Shown: in pieces, positions 12,031 through 25,628 of the stretch
Layout: every line of letters begins with the position of its first letter
Numbering within the stretch: position 1 is the first letter of the stretch
NCBI RefSeq assembly: GCF_025526975.1
Contig: NW_026515695.1
Location: 310,001 to 374,000, forward strand
DNA from: Fimicolochytrium jonesii
Taxonomy: Eukaryota
Length of the DNA: 64,000 bases
Reading direction: 5' to 3'
The notes under the pieces: model-generated
What the model saw: the letters and a program-made list of their open reading frames with translations, nothing else
Told to the model about the DNA's origin: nothing
The model's database searches: none
Made by a program: the position numbers and the translations under genes

Positions 12031-13947
12031 CTTTCCATGGCGGTACGGTCGATGAGATGAAGGACTCTAGATCTACATAGACCCGGGAGGGAGGCGCTTA
12101 TGCGAGCGAGGTTGCGGAACTTTTGGGGAAAGAGGATAAGCGGCCGAGACGGCACAGGGATCCTTGACAGAAGCGATGTGCGAACCTCACGAAAACCAAG
12201 AGGCGATGCTTTTCAGCATTTAGATTTCTTGCGAGCCGCTTCCAGGACAGGCTTGCTGGTCTCTTTCCAACGCTTGGCCGCATGACATGGGATGAACGTT
12301 AGAGAGTGAGGCGTATTGTGTAGGTTATATTGAGCGAAACCTTATCGGCCAAATAATCGAGTCTGTCGAGTAGCCGTGCTCGGGGATTCCGTTTGCACCG
12401 CGCGTAGAAATGGGATTTGAGATTTTGGTCTGGCCCCCAACTTATGGGCACTAGGGCTTGCGCTCGCTACCCCGGCCCCTACCCCTAAAACAATCCTTAT
12501 AGATCGTCTATGGCAAACAGGAACCCGAACATGACCAGGCGTCAACTGTTTTGCACGGGATGTGTGAGAAATGAGAGGCATTCGACCCCCTTTGATAGGT
12601 CCCAAAACGCTTATGTCACCCGTCATTCCCAAGAGGCAAGAGCTTCGATTTCCGTTGGCACCTCCCCTCTGAACTAGAAAAAGAGGGAACACCACGTCGA
12701 CACTTTTTTTTGAGTAAACTCCTTTTCCAAATCTGCGGGGCCGAGCTCTTTCCTCAACGTCAATCTCTATTGTTGCGCGTAGGCTTTGAGCAACAGCGAA
12801 GCAGCCTGATGGGTCAGAGGATAGATTGGTGGGATGGCTGACAGCACATATGGAAAGCGGCTGTAAAATGTGGGGGAACCTAACGTGCTGTCGCCTTTTG
12901 CAAACCTTGGGTCCAAAATCTTCGGGCCAAGCTGTTTGCTCAACGTCACGCTCTGTTGTTGGAGGACCTCCTCCCCTAAGCTTCGTCACCTGTGGATCAT
13001 CATACAAGCCCGGCCGCTTCGCTTTGTACCCTTGGTTGCATGACGTGGGGATGAAACGTTAGGAAGTGAGGCACTTTATGCTGGAAAGAATTCGACATTT
13101 TACCAGCCAGAATTGTGGGTCAACTGAATCGGTATACGTCGGGATGTACAGTACGAGAACGCGAACTTTTTCGCCGCAACCTGTGTAGACGTGCGCGTAT
13201 ATTGGAGGTGGTGAGGACTCTGCGGCAGGTTGGGCTTTTGCGGCGGATGGATCTGGATCTGGATCCGGTGCCCCGAACAGACAACGACCCATCTCGCGAA
13301 AGAACGACGTCGACTGAAACGTCTCGAGAGATATAGCGGAGGTTCATTTGAGCGCCTTGAATCCATGAAAGAATGTGGGCGAGCGCTTGCGGTCGGAGGT
13401 CTATGTTGATACATCCATGGTTTGATGGAGAGGGCATTGTTGAACTTTTAGGCGAGCGAAGGTTTCGGATTTCCGGCGTCTTCCAAGTTTTCTTTTCTCG
13501 GAAATTGATAGCCACCGAGAAAAGGCAGATTTGCAAGGGCAGGCATTCAGAGACCGTCTTCACCATCTTCACCCGTCCCATTTGCAGGGGCCAAACCTGG
13601 GAGATATGGAGGGAGCTTTTCCCGTCGCCCCTTGAGGCACCTGTTACTTTCTAAAGGCCCGTCAGTCAATGCTGTCGAAATGCGCGGTGCGCGCAGATGT
13701 GAAAGATCGCATTGGGAACGCGTCTGAATCCACTCTCCCGCGGCGCAGTCACTCAATGCAGCGCTTTTTCCCAGAGTCACATCGATATTCTCCTCATCGC
13801 CGAACGCTCAGTCGTCGGCAAATATAAAACCCGCCAGTGGGCTCCATCGCCATAGGCACCAGCGTCTGTAACACTCTGTATCAGCAAGCATAAGCATAGG
13901 CTGTCACCGACCCACCGCCTCCACTACAACCGCATCACTAGCACACG

Positions 13948-15514
13948 ATGGCCGCGCTTCCATCAGGCAAAGTCACCGTCGTCCTCGGCGCACAGTGGGG
14001 TGACGAGGGCAAGGGCAAGCTCGTCGATATCCTCGCTCAGGAGATTGACGTCTGTGCTAGATGTCAGGTACGGAACTCAGAGAGACGCGAGCATATCCAT
14101 CTCCGCCTGTTCGGACGGGAAACTGAGTTCAATGGTCGCGCTCTTTTTTGTAGGGTGGGAACAACGCCGGACACACCATTGTTGTGAATGGCGTCAAGTA
14201 TGGGTTCCACCTCCTGCCTAGTGGTATAATCAACGACAAGTGCGTTGGTGTTATTGGGAACGGGGTGGTTATCCATCTGCCGTCCTTCTTCGAGGAGTTG
14301 GAGAAGCTCAAGGCGAAAGGTTGGGAATCTTTGTGCAGAATTCTGATCCCTGAGGACAACTTCTGACGGCGTTAAGAACCACACAGGTCTCGACCCAACA
14401 GGCCGCCTCTTCATCTCCGAACGCGCCCACCTCGTCTTCGACTTCCACCAAATCGTCGACGGCCTGAAAGAAGCCGAGCTGGGCCGCGGGTCCATCGGCA
14501 CGACCAAAAAGGGGATTGGGCCAGCCTACAGCGCCAAAGCCTCGCGCAGCGGGTTCCGCGTGCACCACCTCTTCCACGCACAAGAGTTCGAAGAAAAGTT
14601 CCGCGCCGTCGTCGCCAACCGCATGAAACGCTACGGGCAATTCGACTACGACGTTGACGCCGAGCTTGCTCGGTATCGCGAGTTGGCGGAGAAGGTCCGC
14701 CCGTTTGTGAAGAACACGGTGAATTACGTGCATAAGGCTATCACTGACAACAAGCGTGTGCTGGTGGAGGGGGCGAATGCCCTCATGCTGGACTTGGATT
14801 TCGGTACCTACCCGTATGTCACATCGTCGAATACGACTGTGGGAGGCGTGTGTACTGGGCTGGGTATCCCGCCGACCAAGATCGGAAAGGTTTTGGGTGT
14901 CGTGAAGGCCTATACCACGCGTGTGGGCGGCGGACCTTTCCCGACGGAACAGTTGAATGTATGTGTTTGGACTGGCATCGGACTTGAAAATGAGTACCGA
15001 AAGACTGACGACACTCCTCGATCATTTGCAGGAGATTGGCGAGCACCTGCAGACCGTAGGAGCTGAATTCGGAACAACCACGGGGCGCAAGCGGCGCTGT
15101 GGATGGCTGGATATGGTCGTTATGCGCTACTCACACGTCATCAACGACTACTCCAGGTACATTCCCCCCTTCTCCAACCTTCCCATTCCCATACTGACTC
15201 CCTCCCTCAGCATCAACCTAACAAAACTCGACGTCCTCGACAAACTCCCCGAAATAAAAATCGGCGTCTCCTACATCCACAACGGCCAAAAACTCGACTC
15301 CTTCCCGGCCGACCTCTCCGTCCTCGAACACGTCGAGGTCGAGTACGAGACACTTCCAGGTTGGCAGTCCGATATCTCCGCCTGCAGGACTTATGAGGAG
15401 TTGCCCGTGAATGCGAAGAAGTATATTGAGCGTGTGGAGCAGCTGTTGGGCGGTGTGAAGGTGGAGTGGATTGGGGTCGGGCCGGGGAGGGATGCGATGA
15501 TTCATAGGAAGTAG
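13948..15514 (+). CDS. ADE12: Adenylosuccinate synthetase
   Basis: [20 protein letters not shown] and [16 protein letters not shown]. Four introns (~14068-14153, 14319-14386, 14959-15031, 15157-15210). Confidence 0.98.
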
Positions 15515-15950
15515 GGGAGTTGAGGTCGTGACGATTTTTTTTTCTTTCTTCTGATTTGTTGTTAGGATGGACCTTGGGCCTTTTGCGGGTTGTACATGGA
15601 GTTGAATATATGGGTTATGCGGTGATTGGGAGTTCTGCACACCTCAGATGTGAGGGGAAGCTCATGAGAAGCTTGGGAAGCGCGTCTCAGCGCCGACATA
15701 CAGTACAGTACGCGCGCGCCTCTCCGCTCTCTCCGCTTTCTCCTTTCCTTTTTTCAGCATTCCTTTTGGGATTGACAAAACCACACACACCCAACGGACC
15801 TGAGACTTTGTGGGATAGCTGAACCAGGTATGAGGAGCAACGCTAGCTTGTCTGTTCAGCCGAACAGCTACTTACTGCGGCCTTTACCAAGCAGGACAGG
15901 AAAAAAGCGCATGCCCCCGAAGACGTGGTACTAGGAGAAGTAGGAGATCC

Positions 15951-16445
15951 GTGTACGCTCTGAGAAAGCTGCGTCCACCCTCTGATCTACCAGGTGCGCT
16001 GAGTAGGTGGCCAAGAGTTTGGGCTGAGGAACCACCGACTGAGTTGAGGAGGGTCATTCTTGTTCTCAGAATGCTGGAGACCTGTGACGGGGTAGAGAAT
16101 GACAGGATTGACGAACCGACGACGCCGGGGCCTGACGGGAGGACCTACGCAGCAAAGCTGCAGCTGCTCAGCAGGAACCCGCTTACGGATGAGCACGGCC
16201 AGCTTCTTTCCCCCATCGGAAACATGGAACAGTTTATTGAGCATATGAACACTACGTGCGACGGGCTGGTCGACATGAAGATGACCATGATCGTCGGGGA
16301 CGTGCCCCTGAACCGCAGCTCAAAGTGGCGTGAGAAACACCGCGACACGGTCCGCCGCAGAGTGTTCATCTCTATCCTCCTAGATCTGAGCACCCGGCAA
16401 AGCGACGAGGAGCCCTCCGTCTTTGACTTTGATGAAGCAAGTTGA
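15951..16445 (+). CDS. Hypothetical protein or gene fragment
   Basis: 164-aa ORF with protein-like composition but no clear ATG start. No family recognised. Confidence 0.3.
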   Translation: MYALRKLRPPSDLPGALSRWPRVWAEEPPTELRRVILVLRMLETCDGVENDRIDEPTTPGPDGRTYAAKLQLLSRNPLTDEHGQLLSPIGNMEQFIEHMNTTCDGLVDMKMTMIVGDVPLNRSSKWREKHRDTVRRRVFISILLDLSTRQSDEEPSVFDFDEAS

Positions 16446-16994
16446 AGTAGACATTTCTTGGTCTTTAAGAGAAAATAAAAAACTGTAATGAAACAGTTCT
16501 GAAGAGTGGCCTCTGACGCACATATCCTACTACAATACCTGGGGTGGCCGTTGCCTGTGTGCAGAGGCCGTGGGGTTGCAAGAAGAGATGTCTGAAGAGA
16601 ACGCTAAGGCACCCGGCAACGTGCCCGCAAAACGTCGGCGCTGTAGGAAGCGCGTGGGAAAGTCAGGAAGGCAGGGAAGTTAGCAGGAAGTAGACTCCGG
16701 CGCTCGCTACACATGTACGAAGAGTGGTGGAAGTAGGCGTTTATTAGCGTCGTGGCTTCCTTGACATTCCCATCCTCGAAAGTTCCCAACGTGGCATTTT
16801 CCCAATCTTCCCTGACGACCGCTCCACAAAGAGTGGCCTAAGTAATCGAACGACGTATAGCTGTTTGAAAAGGCAGTGCGTAGAGCCGCATCTAGACGCA
16901 TTTCATATGGGAAACCCTCGTTCTCATTTATCACCTCTCTCAGCGTAAATACGACCACGCACCCTCCAATTTACCACATTAGAATACCACAGCC

Positions 16995-18270
16995 ATGGAG
17001 GACTCACAGGTACATTTACCGCTGACCCATCTCATTTCCCATACAAAACATGCCCTGTCCCAAAAATAACATCCAATGGAACATAGGCAGCGATGAAACG
17101 CCGCATGGCATCCCTCCCCGTCATCAAAAAACAGGACCTAGGAGGAGGGAAGCGCAGCCCGGCGGTTGCTGGCGGGGCTGGGGGTGGGGTGCGGAAAGTT
17201 GCGCCGGCTTTTGGTAGGTGGGGGATGTCATGAGTGGGTGTGGGGCCGGGGAGGATATGCTGACGTGAGCGATTGCAGCCCCGTTACCGACGGCATCGGA
17301 TATACCCATGAACACCAAGGTTTATAATATCATCAATGCCTTACGGGTACGTTTCTACTCCCGTCTTCGAAACGACAAAAAAGGGCGTGAAGCAGACCGG
17401 CTCACATTCAGTCATGTAGGAAAAAGACGCTCCGGCAAGCGAGGCCGAGATCTTCCGCTTGACCGCGATTAATGTGGCGGGGTCGGCGGAACTGAGGGAG
17501 TTGTTGAAGAATAATCCGAAGATTACGTATCATGATCATGATGGGACGTATCAGTATAAGGTGGGTTTTGGTGAGATCGAGGGTTTAGTAGGGGAACAGT
17601 GTATCGTTCGTGGAGATGTGAGCAATGCGATGGAGGGGTGTAAAGGAAGGAAGGATATATACGAAGCGTTCCATCCGAGGAAAGCGGTCCATGAGACTTG
17701 TGAAACTGAAATCTCGACCCTTTTTCAATTCCCTTCATACGCAGCCAAAATACAACCTCCGCAGCAAAGAAGACCTCCTCTCGCTCCTCTACACCACCCG
17801 CGACTCCGGCGGCACCGAACTCAAGGAGCTCACCGACTCCTGGCCGGGCCTCCTCGCCGCCGTCCACGACCTCTCCGCCTCGGGCGACATCCTCGTCCTC
17901 ACCACAAAAGACGCCAAACCCCGCATCCTCTTCCACAACGCCAAAGAATACAACCTAACCGTCTCCGACGAGTTCAAGGAGTACTGGCATAAGGTGCCGA
18001 TGCCGAAGGAGGCGGATCTGGCGAGGGAGTTGGAGAAGGCCGGGTTGAAAAGTATGGAGGTTTATAGTATGCAGAAGGGGGATGCGGGGTTGAAGATGAG
18101 GAAGAGGAGGGTTAACAAGAGGGTTAGGATGACGAATACGCATTTGGAGGGGTTGGGTAGGTGTTTTGAGACGGTTTATTTGTTGGACGGGGCTGCGGTG
18201 TGCTATTTACTAACTCTGGTCTGGTACGGTCCTTTCTCTTCCCACTATTCTAGATCTCACGACCGCCTGA
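16995..18270 (+). CDS. TFA2: Transcription initiation factor TFIIE beta subunit
   Basis: LKNNPKITY..YQYK|PKYNLRSKEDLLSLL, ELTDSWP, PRILFHN..VSDEFKEYWHKV and RMTNTHL. Multi-exon. Confidence 0.9.
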
Positions 18271-18842
18271 TGACATCGGAGCGAAGAGCAGATCCATCAG
18301 TAGAGCCCGAGCGCCTCTCAAAACGAAAAGCGCCCGTATGGATTGTGGAAAGTCGGGGGAATGTACTCGGCTATGCTAGTCGCCGCCAAGGGCATATGGC
18401 ATATCGCACGATCGGAATCCGGGGTGCTTTACGGTTCGTGTGCGTGGTCGACACAGCATGGCTATCCCCTCGGGGAGGCCCCGACGGATGTCCGCACAAC
18501 CCCCGCACGCATACGCACAACCCTCACCACGCAATCGTTCGCCCCATTCAAATGCATCGCCACCTGGGGAGGGCGCGGCGTCGGATGTCCAGTCCTTTGA
18601 AGCTTCGCGGCGTCGAGAGGGCCCGTTTTCCTCCTCCACCTACTGCGTATCTAGGTGTCGATTCGTAGAACTCCTACACGCTATAGCGGTGTTACGTCGG
18701 AGCTTATTTCGGTGCTTAGTTCGCCACATAAACATAAACCGATGTTAGGTGTTTTCGGTGATATTATGAATGCCAAGGACGTCCGATAATGTCCTAATTT
18801 GTCCGCATGTCCGCTTTTTGAGTGTGAACCGCTCCTCCACCC

Positions 18843-19746
18843 TTATACGATCGAAGGCAATGGAATGAACCCCAACTCCCTCCTCACAGTCTCCAACGGC
18901 TTCTCCAGCATCTCCTCATAATACACATTGAGCACAAACGCCGCGCTGGCTCCACACTGCACCGCCCACGGCACATACACGCCAAAAAACCTGTCCCTCT
19001 CTGCAGCACTCAATCTCAACGGCCCGACAAACGCACTGAGCGCCGCCACAGGCATCCCCCCACTCTGCACCATCTCCAACCACTTCAACGCAATCTCCGC
19101 CTCCACGGTCGTCGGCAGGCCCGTAAGCGTATGCATAAAATCATGCACCTCGCGATACCGTCTCATCACATACGCGAGTTCCGGGTCGGAGATGTAGGTC
19201 ACGGGCACGCGGGTGTCGGGGGAGACGTGCTCAGCGTCGAGGAAGGTGACGTATTCGCGGCCGAACGTCCCGGGGGGTAAGCGGCGCAGGGCGGGGAGGT
19301 TGAGGGTTGTGGAGGTGAGGATGGGGCGGGTGCGGAGGATGCGGCGGCCGGTTGGGGAGAGGAGCATCTTGTCGCGCATCTGGGCGAGGGTGTGCAGGCC
19401 GGTTACTTCGCCGAGGTGCGCGACGGTTTCTGGAATGCGGAGGGAGAATGATGCTCAGTAGGCGGGGCTGGATGAGGGAGCGCTTGGCAGTTTACATACC
19501 CTGCCGTGTGGGATCGCGCATGGCGCCGATAGCCGACGTCGCTGCGATGAACGCGCGTTCCAGGACATTTGGAGTTCGCGGGCGGGGATGGAAGGAGGGG
19601 TCGTTCCCGAAGTCGGCGGTGGTTGTTCTGGTTGTGTGGGTGCGGATGGGCAGTGTTGGTTGTGAAGGTGGTGGGAATCTACGGAGAATTGCACGAGCTG
19701 TGCAGCGTCGTGTGCCGGCGGAACGGAGCGACTGGGATATGGACAT
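18843..19746 (-). CDS. COQ4: Ubiquinone biosynthesis protein COQ4
   Basis: YVMRRYREVHDFMHTLTGLPTTVEAEIALKWLE (HDxxH..E motif), a mitochondrial-presequence-like N-terminus and one intron (~19430-19499). Confidence 0.95.
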
Positions 19747-20053
19747 TGGGGCTGGGAACGACTAGGATGACACAGATGAGGGTGTTCTGACGCCGGCGAG
19801 CTGGTTGGTCGTTGTGAGGGTCGGATAGTCAGCAGGTGTTCGTTGTGGATTGCCGTTGGGCCCTTCGTTGGGAGCAGCGACGACGAGGAAAAGGAGTTCC
19901 CGCGCGTCTCCATAAAAGCACTGGGTTCGGCCAAAATCCCCCCCCGTCCCCGGAAGCGAAGATCACTCCCACATTATCTGTATTTAAGCTCAGTTGGTCT
20001 TGCGATCCTCTCTCACAACACACCCCCCACTAACTCACACAGACGCAGCTCAC

Positions 20054-21910
20054 ATGTCCCACCTGCCTCCGGGGCGAGGTCGCGCTAATACACGAGGCGG
20101 AGGTCGGGGGGCAAATGCTGCAGCAGCAGGGAAGGGTCGGGGACGAGGAAGTGGAGCAGGCCTTGTGCAATCACAGCAACCACCGTCGATAATACCCCCA
20201 CCAACAGCAGCGTCAGGTCACTCTCGGACGCCCGCTTCCTCATCCACCACTGCAACGCCAGCACCGGCATCCAAAGGTTCCACTCCCACACCCGGACAAC
20301 AACCCGTTCGCCCACCAGCCCTCCAACGCATGCACTCGCTCCCACACCTAGCCACTTCCTCACCACTCGCACAGCACCCACCAACAGGACCGGGCTCAAC
20401 AGGCACTGGCGACGGTGCAAATGGCTCCGGCGCTGTAGGCTCTCCAATAGCAGCCCCGGCGTCCGCGACAGCAATACAGGAGATTACGAGCATACAGACT
20501 CCGGGCCACCCGCAGTACCAGCAATACATGGCCGCTTTGAACTACTACATGGCGCAATTGGCGGGGCCGTTGAATGCTGCCGCGGTGGCTGGGAGTGCGA
20601 CAAACTCGGCGTCGGTTTCACCAGGTAGCACTCCGAATGCAACGCCGCCAGGGACGCCTAAGGCGGCGAACGCGACGTTGCAGCTGCCTGCGGGTATAGG
20701 GCCTGAGCTGGTCAGGCAATTGAGTGCGGGGGTTGGGGCGGGAAGGGGCGGGGCGCCAATAGGACGGGGAATCGGGGGTGTCGGTGCCCACACACCATTA
20801 GGGAGCGCACAGCAAGGTCCGCCACGACCTTCATCAACAACGCCACAGGTCGGCCGGCAGTCACTGGGGATAGGCTCACCCGCCATCACATCCAATGCCA
20901 ACCTCAACCGCTTGATGGGTCAAATGGGATACACACCCACACCCACACCACGACCCAACACAAACATCCCTCTCACCAAAACCCATTCCCAACCAACATT
21001 CCACTCTTCTTCGCCATCGCTGCAACAGACGATATCCCTGGGCGCGGCTGCTGCCTTCCGCGCTCAACAGCAACAACAACAGCAGCGACAATCGCCGTAT
21101 GATCCGGCCCGAGACCCGGCAAATATGCCGATACTGAACAAACAGACGCTGAGGAGCTTGTTGAGGCAAATTGATCCTACGCAGCGGATGGATGGGGATG
21201 TTGAGGAGGTAGGGATGTTCATATTTAGCGGGGAAGGCGCCGTACGCGGAGCATTTAAGCCGCTGTCTTCTTAATTTGAATTTGAACTACAGATGCTCCT
21301 GGAAGTCGCAGACGACTTCATCACGTCCGTCGCACAACAAGCATGCAAGCTCGCCGCACATCGCGAAGCCGAAGCCTCTGCCACCGGTGCGCCTGTGATT
21401 GTCGGAGTCCGGGATGCGCGGTTACCGTTGGGTATGTAGCCTCAGAGTCATCGTCTGGGGGGAATCTGTCAACCCCATTCATTCTTTTCTTTAGAACGCG
21501 ACTGGGGAATCCGCATCCCCGGCTTCGGCGTCCTCGTCCCGCAAGACCGCGAGGAACAATCTCCACTCCCACTCCCACCTCCACCACAACCAACCAACGC
21601 AACACAACCAGACGCGCCCGACACAACAGAAGACGACCCCATAACCCAAAAACGCAAACTGCACCTTGCCCGCGTACAGAAAGTCCGGGAGGCTGTTAGG
21701 GGGGGTGTGCGGCATCGGTATACGTCTGCTGCTACGTCAGCGTCTTCTACTGCTGGGGTGAATTCTGCGAGCACGGCGGCTGGGGAGGGTGGGAAGGATG
21801 GTGATGGGAGTGTGGGGCCGGCTGCGGGGGGAGGGAGGGGACGGGGCCGGGGGAAACGGGCGTTGGGTGGGGGAAAGACGGGGGTGCAGAAGAGGAGGAA
21901 TGTTGGGTAG
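20054..21910 (+). CDS. TAF12: TFIID/SAGA subunit TAF12 (histone fold) with a long low-complexity N-terminus
   Basis: ILNKQTLRSLLRQIDPTQRMDGDVEE|MLLEVADDFITSVAQQACKLAAHR..|ERDWGIRIPGF. Two introns. Confidence 0.9.
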
Positions 21911-22837
21911 GGAGTTGGGTATGGGGGATTGGTGTGGTGTTGTGGCGAAGCGCACGAAGCACTGGTTTCACCTTGTACCATATTCTGCACCATCCGTTAT
22001 ACGAAGGCGCGTCCAACGCATTCATCTGTATATATACGGAAAACATAATCCGTCGCACGCTGGAGGCCCATCACCTAGACATCCATATTGGTGAGAATGA
22101 CAGGCACCAAAACCTGCTTGGACGTACCAACGTTGGGATATTGCAATCCTGCAGTATACGGAGGTGTGATGCGCGGATAACTCTGTACCCACCTTCATCG
22201 TCGAAGTCGTTATGTAACATGGGGTCAGGGTTGGCGGGCGTCGCGCGAGGGCAGAAACCGACCCCGTCAATAGCATCGCTCTCTCAGGTTTTCCCTTCCC
22301 AAGCCGCGCTTCCCCGCCAGTGCGCTTCATGGCCACCTAATAGAGGCTACCGCATGCTTTCAGTAGCTTGTCATAGCACATTTCCCAGAAACCCTTCTAT
22401 CAACGAAAAGCCCGCCTCCTGGCTCTACGTACTGGCGATGGAGAAGTGTACGGTTAGTCAGAGTCCACCCGATTTGCATGCTTTAACCGAACTAACTCGA
22501 ATTCTTTCAGAGTGCAGGACCATCGGAGGGGCCGATAGGACTGACAGGAAGTGACAGCAAGTGACAGCAGGCCGTATGTGGCGGGGTTAGGGTTGCAAAC
22601 GCCATTACAAAGCGCCATGAGAACCTCGCCTTCCCCTTCCCAAGATCCTCGTGCTGGGAATTCAAATAACCGTCCAGCTCAGAATACGCAGAACCATTTG
22701 CCAAGCACAGGCCGTCGAGCGCTTAAACCGTCTCGTCTGCCGGCCGGAGACTCCAGCCGCTCTCATCAAACTTCCGTCGAACCTGGACGCCATCTTGCCT
22801 TGATCTACCCCACGCCCCACGCCCCACCACGTACAAC

Positions 22838-25217
22838 ATGACCACCAAACCTCAATACACCGCTCTCCCCTCAACCCTCAGCGACGCCGACCTCGCGGAC
22901 CTGCGCGACCACGCCGTCGACTGGGCCCTCGCGCACGGTCTGGTCATCCGAGCTCCACCCACCTCCACCACTCCAACATCAAACATCCCGCTGACGACGC
23001 ACGCCCCCTTTGCGCTGTTCCCGTCGCCGTTCCCGCGGAAGGCGTTTGAGTTTGCGGTGAAGATACAGCCGCTTTTTAACCAGTTGGTGGAGAGTGTTGC
23101 GAGGGATCGGGGTTTTTTGGAGGAGACTATGGAGAGGTGGGTGTTGGGGCGGCAGAGGGGGGGGGGGGGGGGGGGAAGCGCGAGCGAGTGGTGCAGGGTC
23201 TATGTGTGAGCGGAGGGAGCTATCGGGTTTTCGTGGCCTTAGGGGCTTAAGCGAAGCGAGCATTTGCGAGCGACTGCGAGTGTTGGGCTTCTATTTGCGC
23301 AAAAGAAGCGAACAAGGATTACTCCCGGACCGTGCTGCAGATCAATCGCTAACGCGGCAACATCCCCTTCCCTCAGTCTCTCCAAGGTAGACGACTTCAC
23401 GGGGCGGTTGTACGCCATCTACAAGCACGTCAACTCCGAGGGCATCCAACAAGTGAGGCCATCAGTTCTCCATCGGTACCATGCTCCACATTACAGCATT
23501 GACTCACGGAATGCAGTCAATCAGTCTAGGCCTCCATCGATCAGACTATCTCCTTCACCTCTCCTCAGACTCGTCCCAGGAAGCTACCCCACAGCAAGTC
23601 GAGCTGAACACCATCGCATCGTCGTTTTCTAGCTTGTCACATCTTACGCATGATTTGCACAAGTAGGTCTCATCCACTTTTTGCGAGACGATCCGATAGG
23701 AGCGCTGACCCATCTCCTTTGAAAAGGTACCTGATTGACCGGACAAGGACCCTCCTCGATAAGGACCCATCGTCGCGTTCCATCACTTCAGAAGCGATCC
23801 CGCCAAACGCGTCGCTATACAGCATAGCGCGGGGAATCGGTAAAGCTGCTGAGCTGTACAACGTACCAAAGTAATAGTCCGGCTACATGGGTATCAAAAC
23901 ACGCGGCACGCAAACCTAACGTCGACGCCCTTGTTCATTACTTTTAGTGCGATAGCAGTCATGATAGTCCAGCCAGGGGAACGCAACGCGTTCGATCAAC
24001 GATGGATCGAGTACACTTTGTTCAACGAGTATGGATTCGGAGTATCACGCTACCTGCAAAGGCTTGGCGCCACGTTCACTGACCCCATCGCCCAACAACC
24101 AGATTCAAAGTCAAGCTGGTGCGTCTATCCCTCGCGGATGTAGCGAAACGAGCGAAGTTGGAGGGGGTGGATCGCAGGCTTGTCATGTACGCGACCGATG
24201 GTGGTTGGCATTGGGGGGTAGGAGACCCTCATGGAGTAGAACGAGGTTCTAATACGGCGCTGCTTCCAGTGATGGCGAAGAAGTTGCGGTGGTCTACTTT
24301 CGCGCCGCGTACACGCCGGTCGATTATCCGTCTGAGAAGGTATAAGCCGCTTACCGGAACCGGGTTATTTTGATGAGGCCCATGAACTTAACGGTCTTGT
24401 TTCTGCGACAGGAATGGGAAGCCCGTCTCCTCATCGAGCGATCAAACGCCATCAAATGCCCCAACATCGCTCACCACCTAGTCGGCACGAAGAAGGTGCA
24501 GCAGATCCTCGCCAAGCCTGGGCTGCTCGAACGGTAACATACCCGCCGTAATTCCCCGATGTCGGCGGATCTCTGAACTTACCGATCGTGAAACCTGTAG
24601 ATTCCTCAAAAGCCAAGAGGAATGTGACCTCCTCCGATCCAGCTTTACCAACCTGTACCCACTAGACGACACACAGGAAGGCAACGCGGCGGCCGCGATG
24701 GCGCTTGAGACGCCGGAGCGGTTTGTGATGAAGCCGCAGCGGGAAGGTGGTGGTACGTCTCAAATAACCTCATTCACACCACTCCACCCCACTCAAGCGG
24801 ACGAACGCTAAACTTAAAGTAACAACTTACAGGAAACAACCTGTACGGCCCCGACATCCCTACCGCACTCCGCTCCATGTCCCTCCACGAGCGCAACGCG
24901 TACATCCTCATGGACCTTATCCAGCCGTCGCATATTGCCAGCGTGACTGTCCGCCATGGCGAGATCATACGGGGGGAGCTGATCAGTGAGTTGGGGATTT
25001 ACGGGGTTTGGATTAGGTATGTCAAAATGGATTTGAAGTTTGTGTTGCGTCGATTAGGAGTGGTGGATTGCTGAATTGATTGGATAACAGCGATGGAGAC
25101 AAAGTACATGTGAACGAGCAGGGCGGGTACCTCCTCCGCACCAAATTCGCGAACTCGAATGAGGGCGGGGTTGCGGCGGGGTTTGCGGTGCTTGATTCGC
25201 CGTTGCTTGTGGATTGA
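22838..25217 (+). CDS. GSH2: Glutathione synthetase (eukaryotic type)
   Basis: [57 protein letters not shown] and [15 protein letters not shown]. About 12 introns. Confidence 0.96.
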
Positions 25218-25628
25218 ATGAATGGCTCGGACTCTTCGGCCTGCCAGTTAGGGATCTATATTGATTAGAAGTATCAAGGGGACAGGTGATGTTACGCGCC
25301 CGGTGGCGGTAGGACTAGCTTCTATGTAGGGAAATATCTAATCTGCGAATAGCATTTTGCTCTCGCCCCTGTCGTCCGTCAGGGAGGACCGATGGGGTAT
25401 TTATGCGGTAGGATACTGCAGGGCCGATGCTTCTCAGCGGTTTAATCCCTTGATCTGTCTGCCGTGCGCAGCTACACAGGCGTATGTACAAGAAGAGCAA
25501 AATGTGATATGATATGATGTGATGTGCATAAACCAATCAAAAAAGAGGGGACACCCAGAGAAAGCGGGCGATACAATGCAAGGGGGTTGGAAACGACGAT
25601 GAAGGACGAAACCCAGAGAGGCCTCGAT

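Noticed and set aside
12342..13581. Cluster of medium-length minus-strand ORFs
   Set aside because: No recognisable motif or coherent splice model. It may be decayed sequence.
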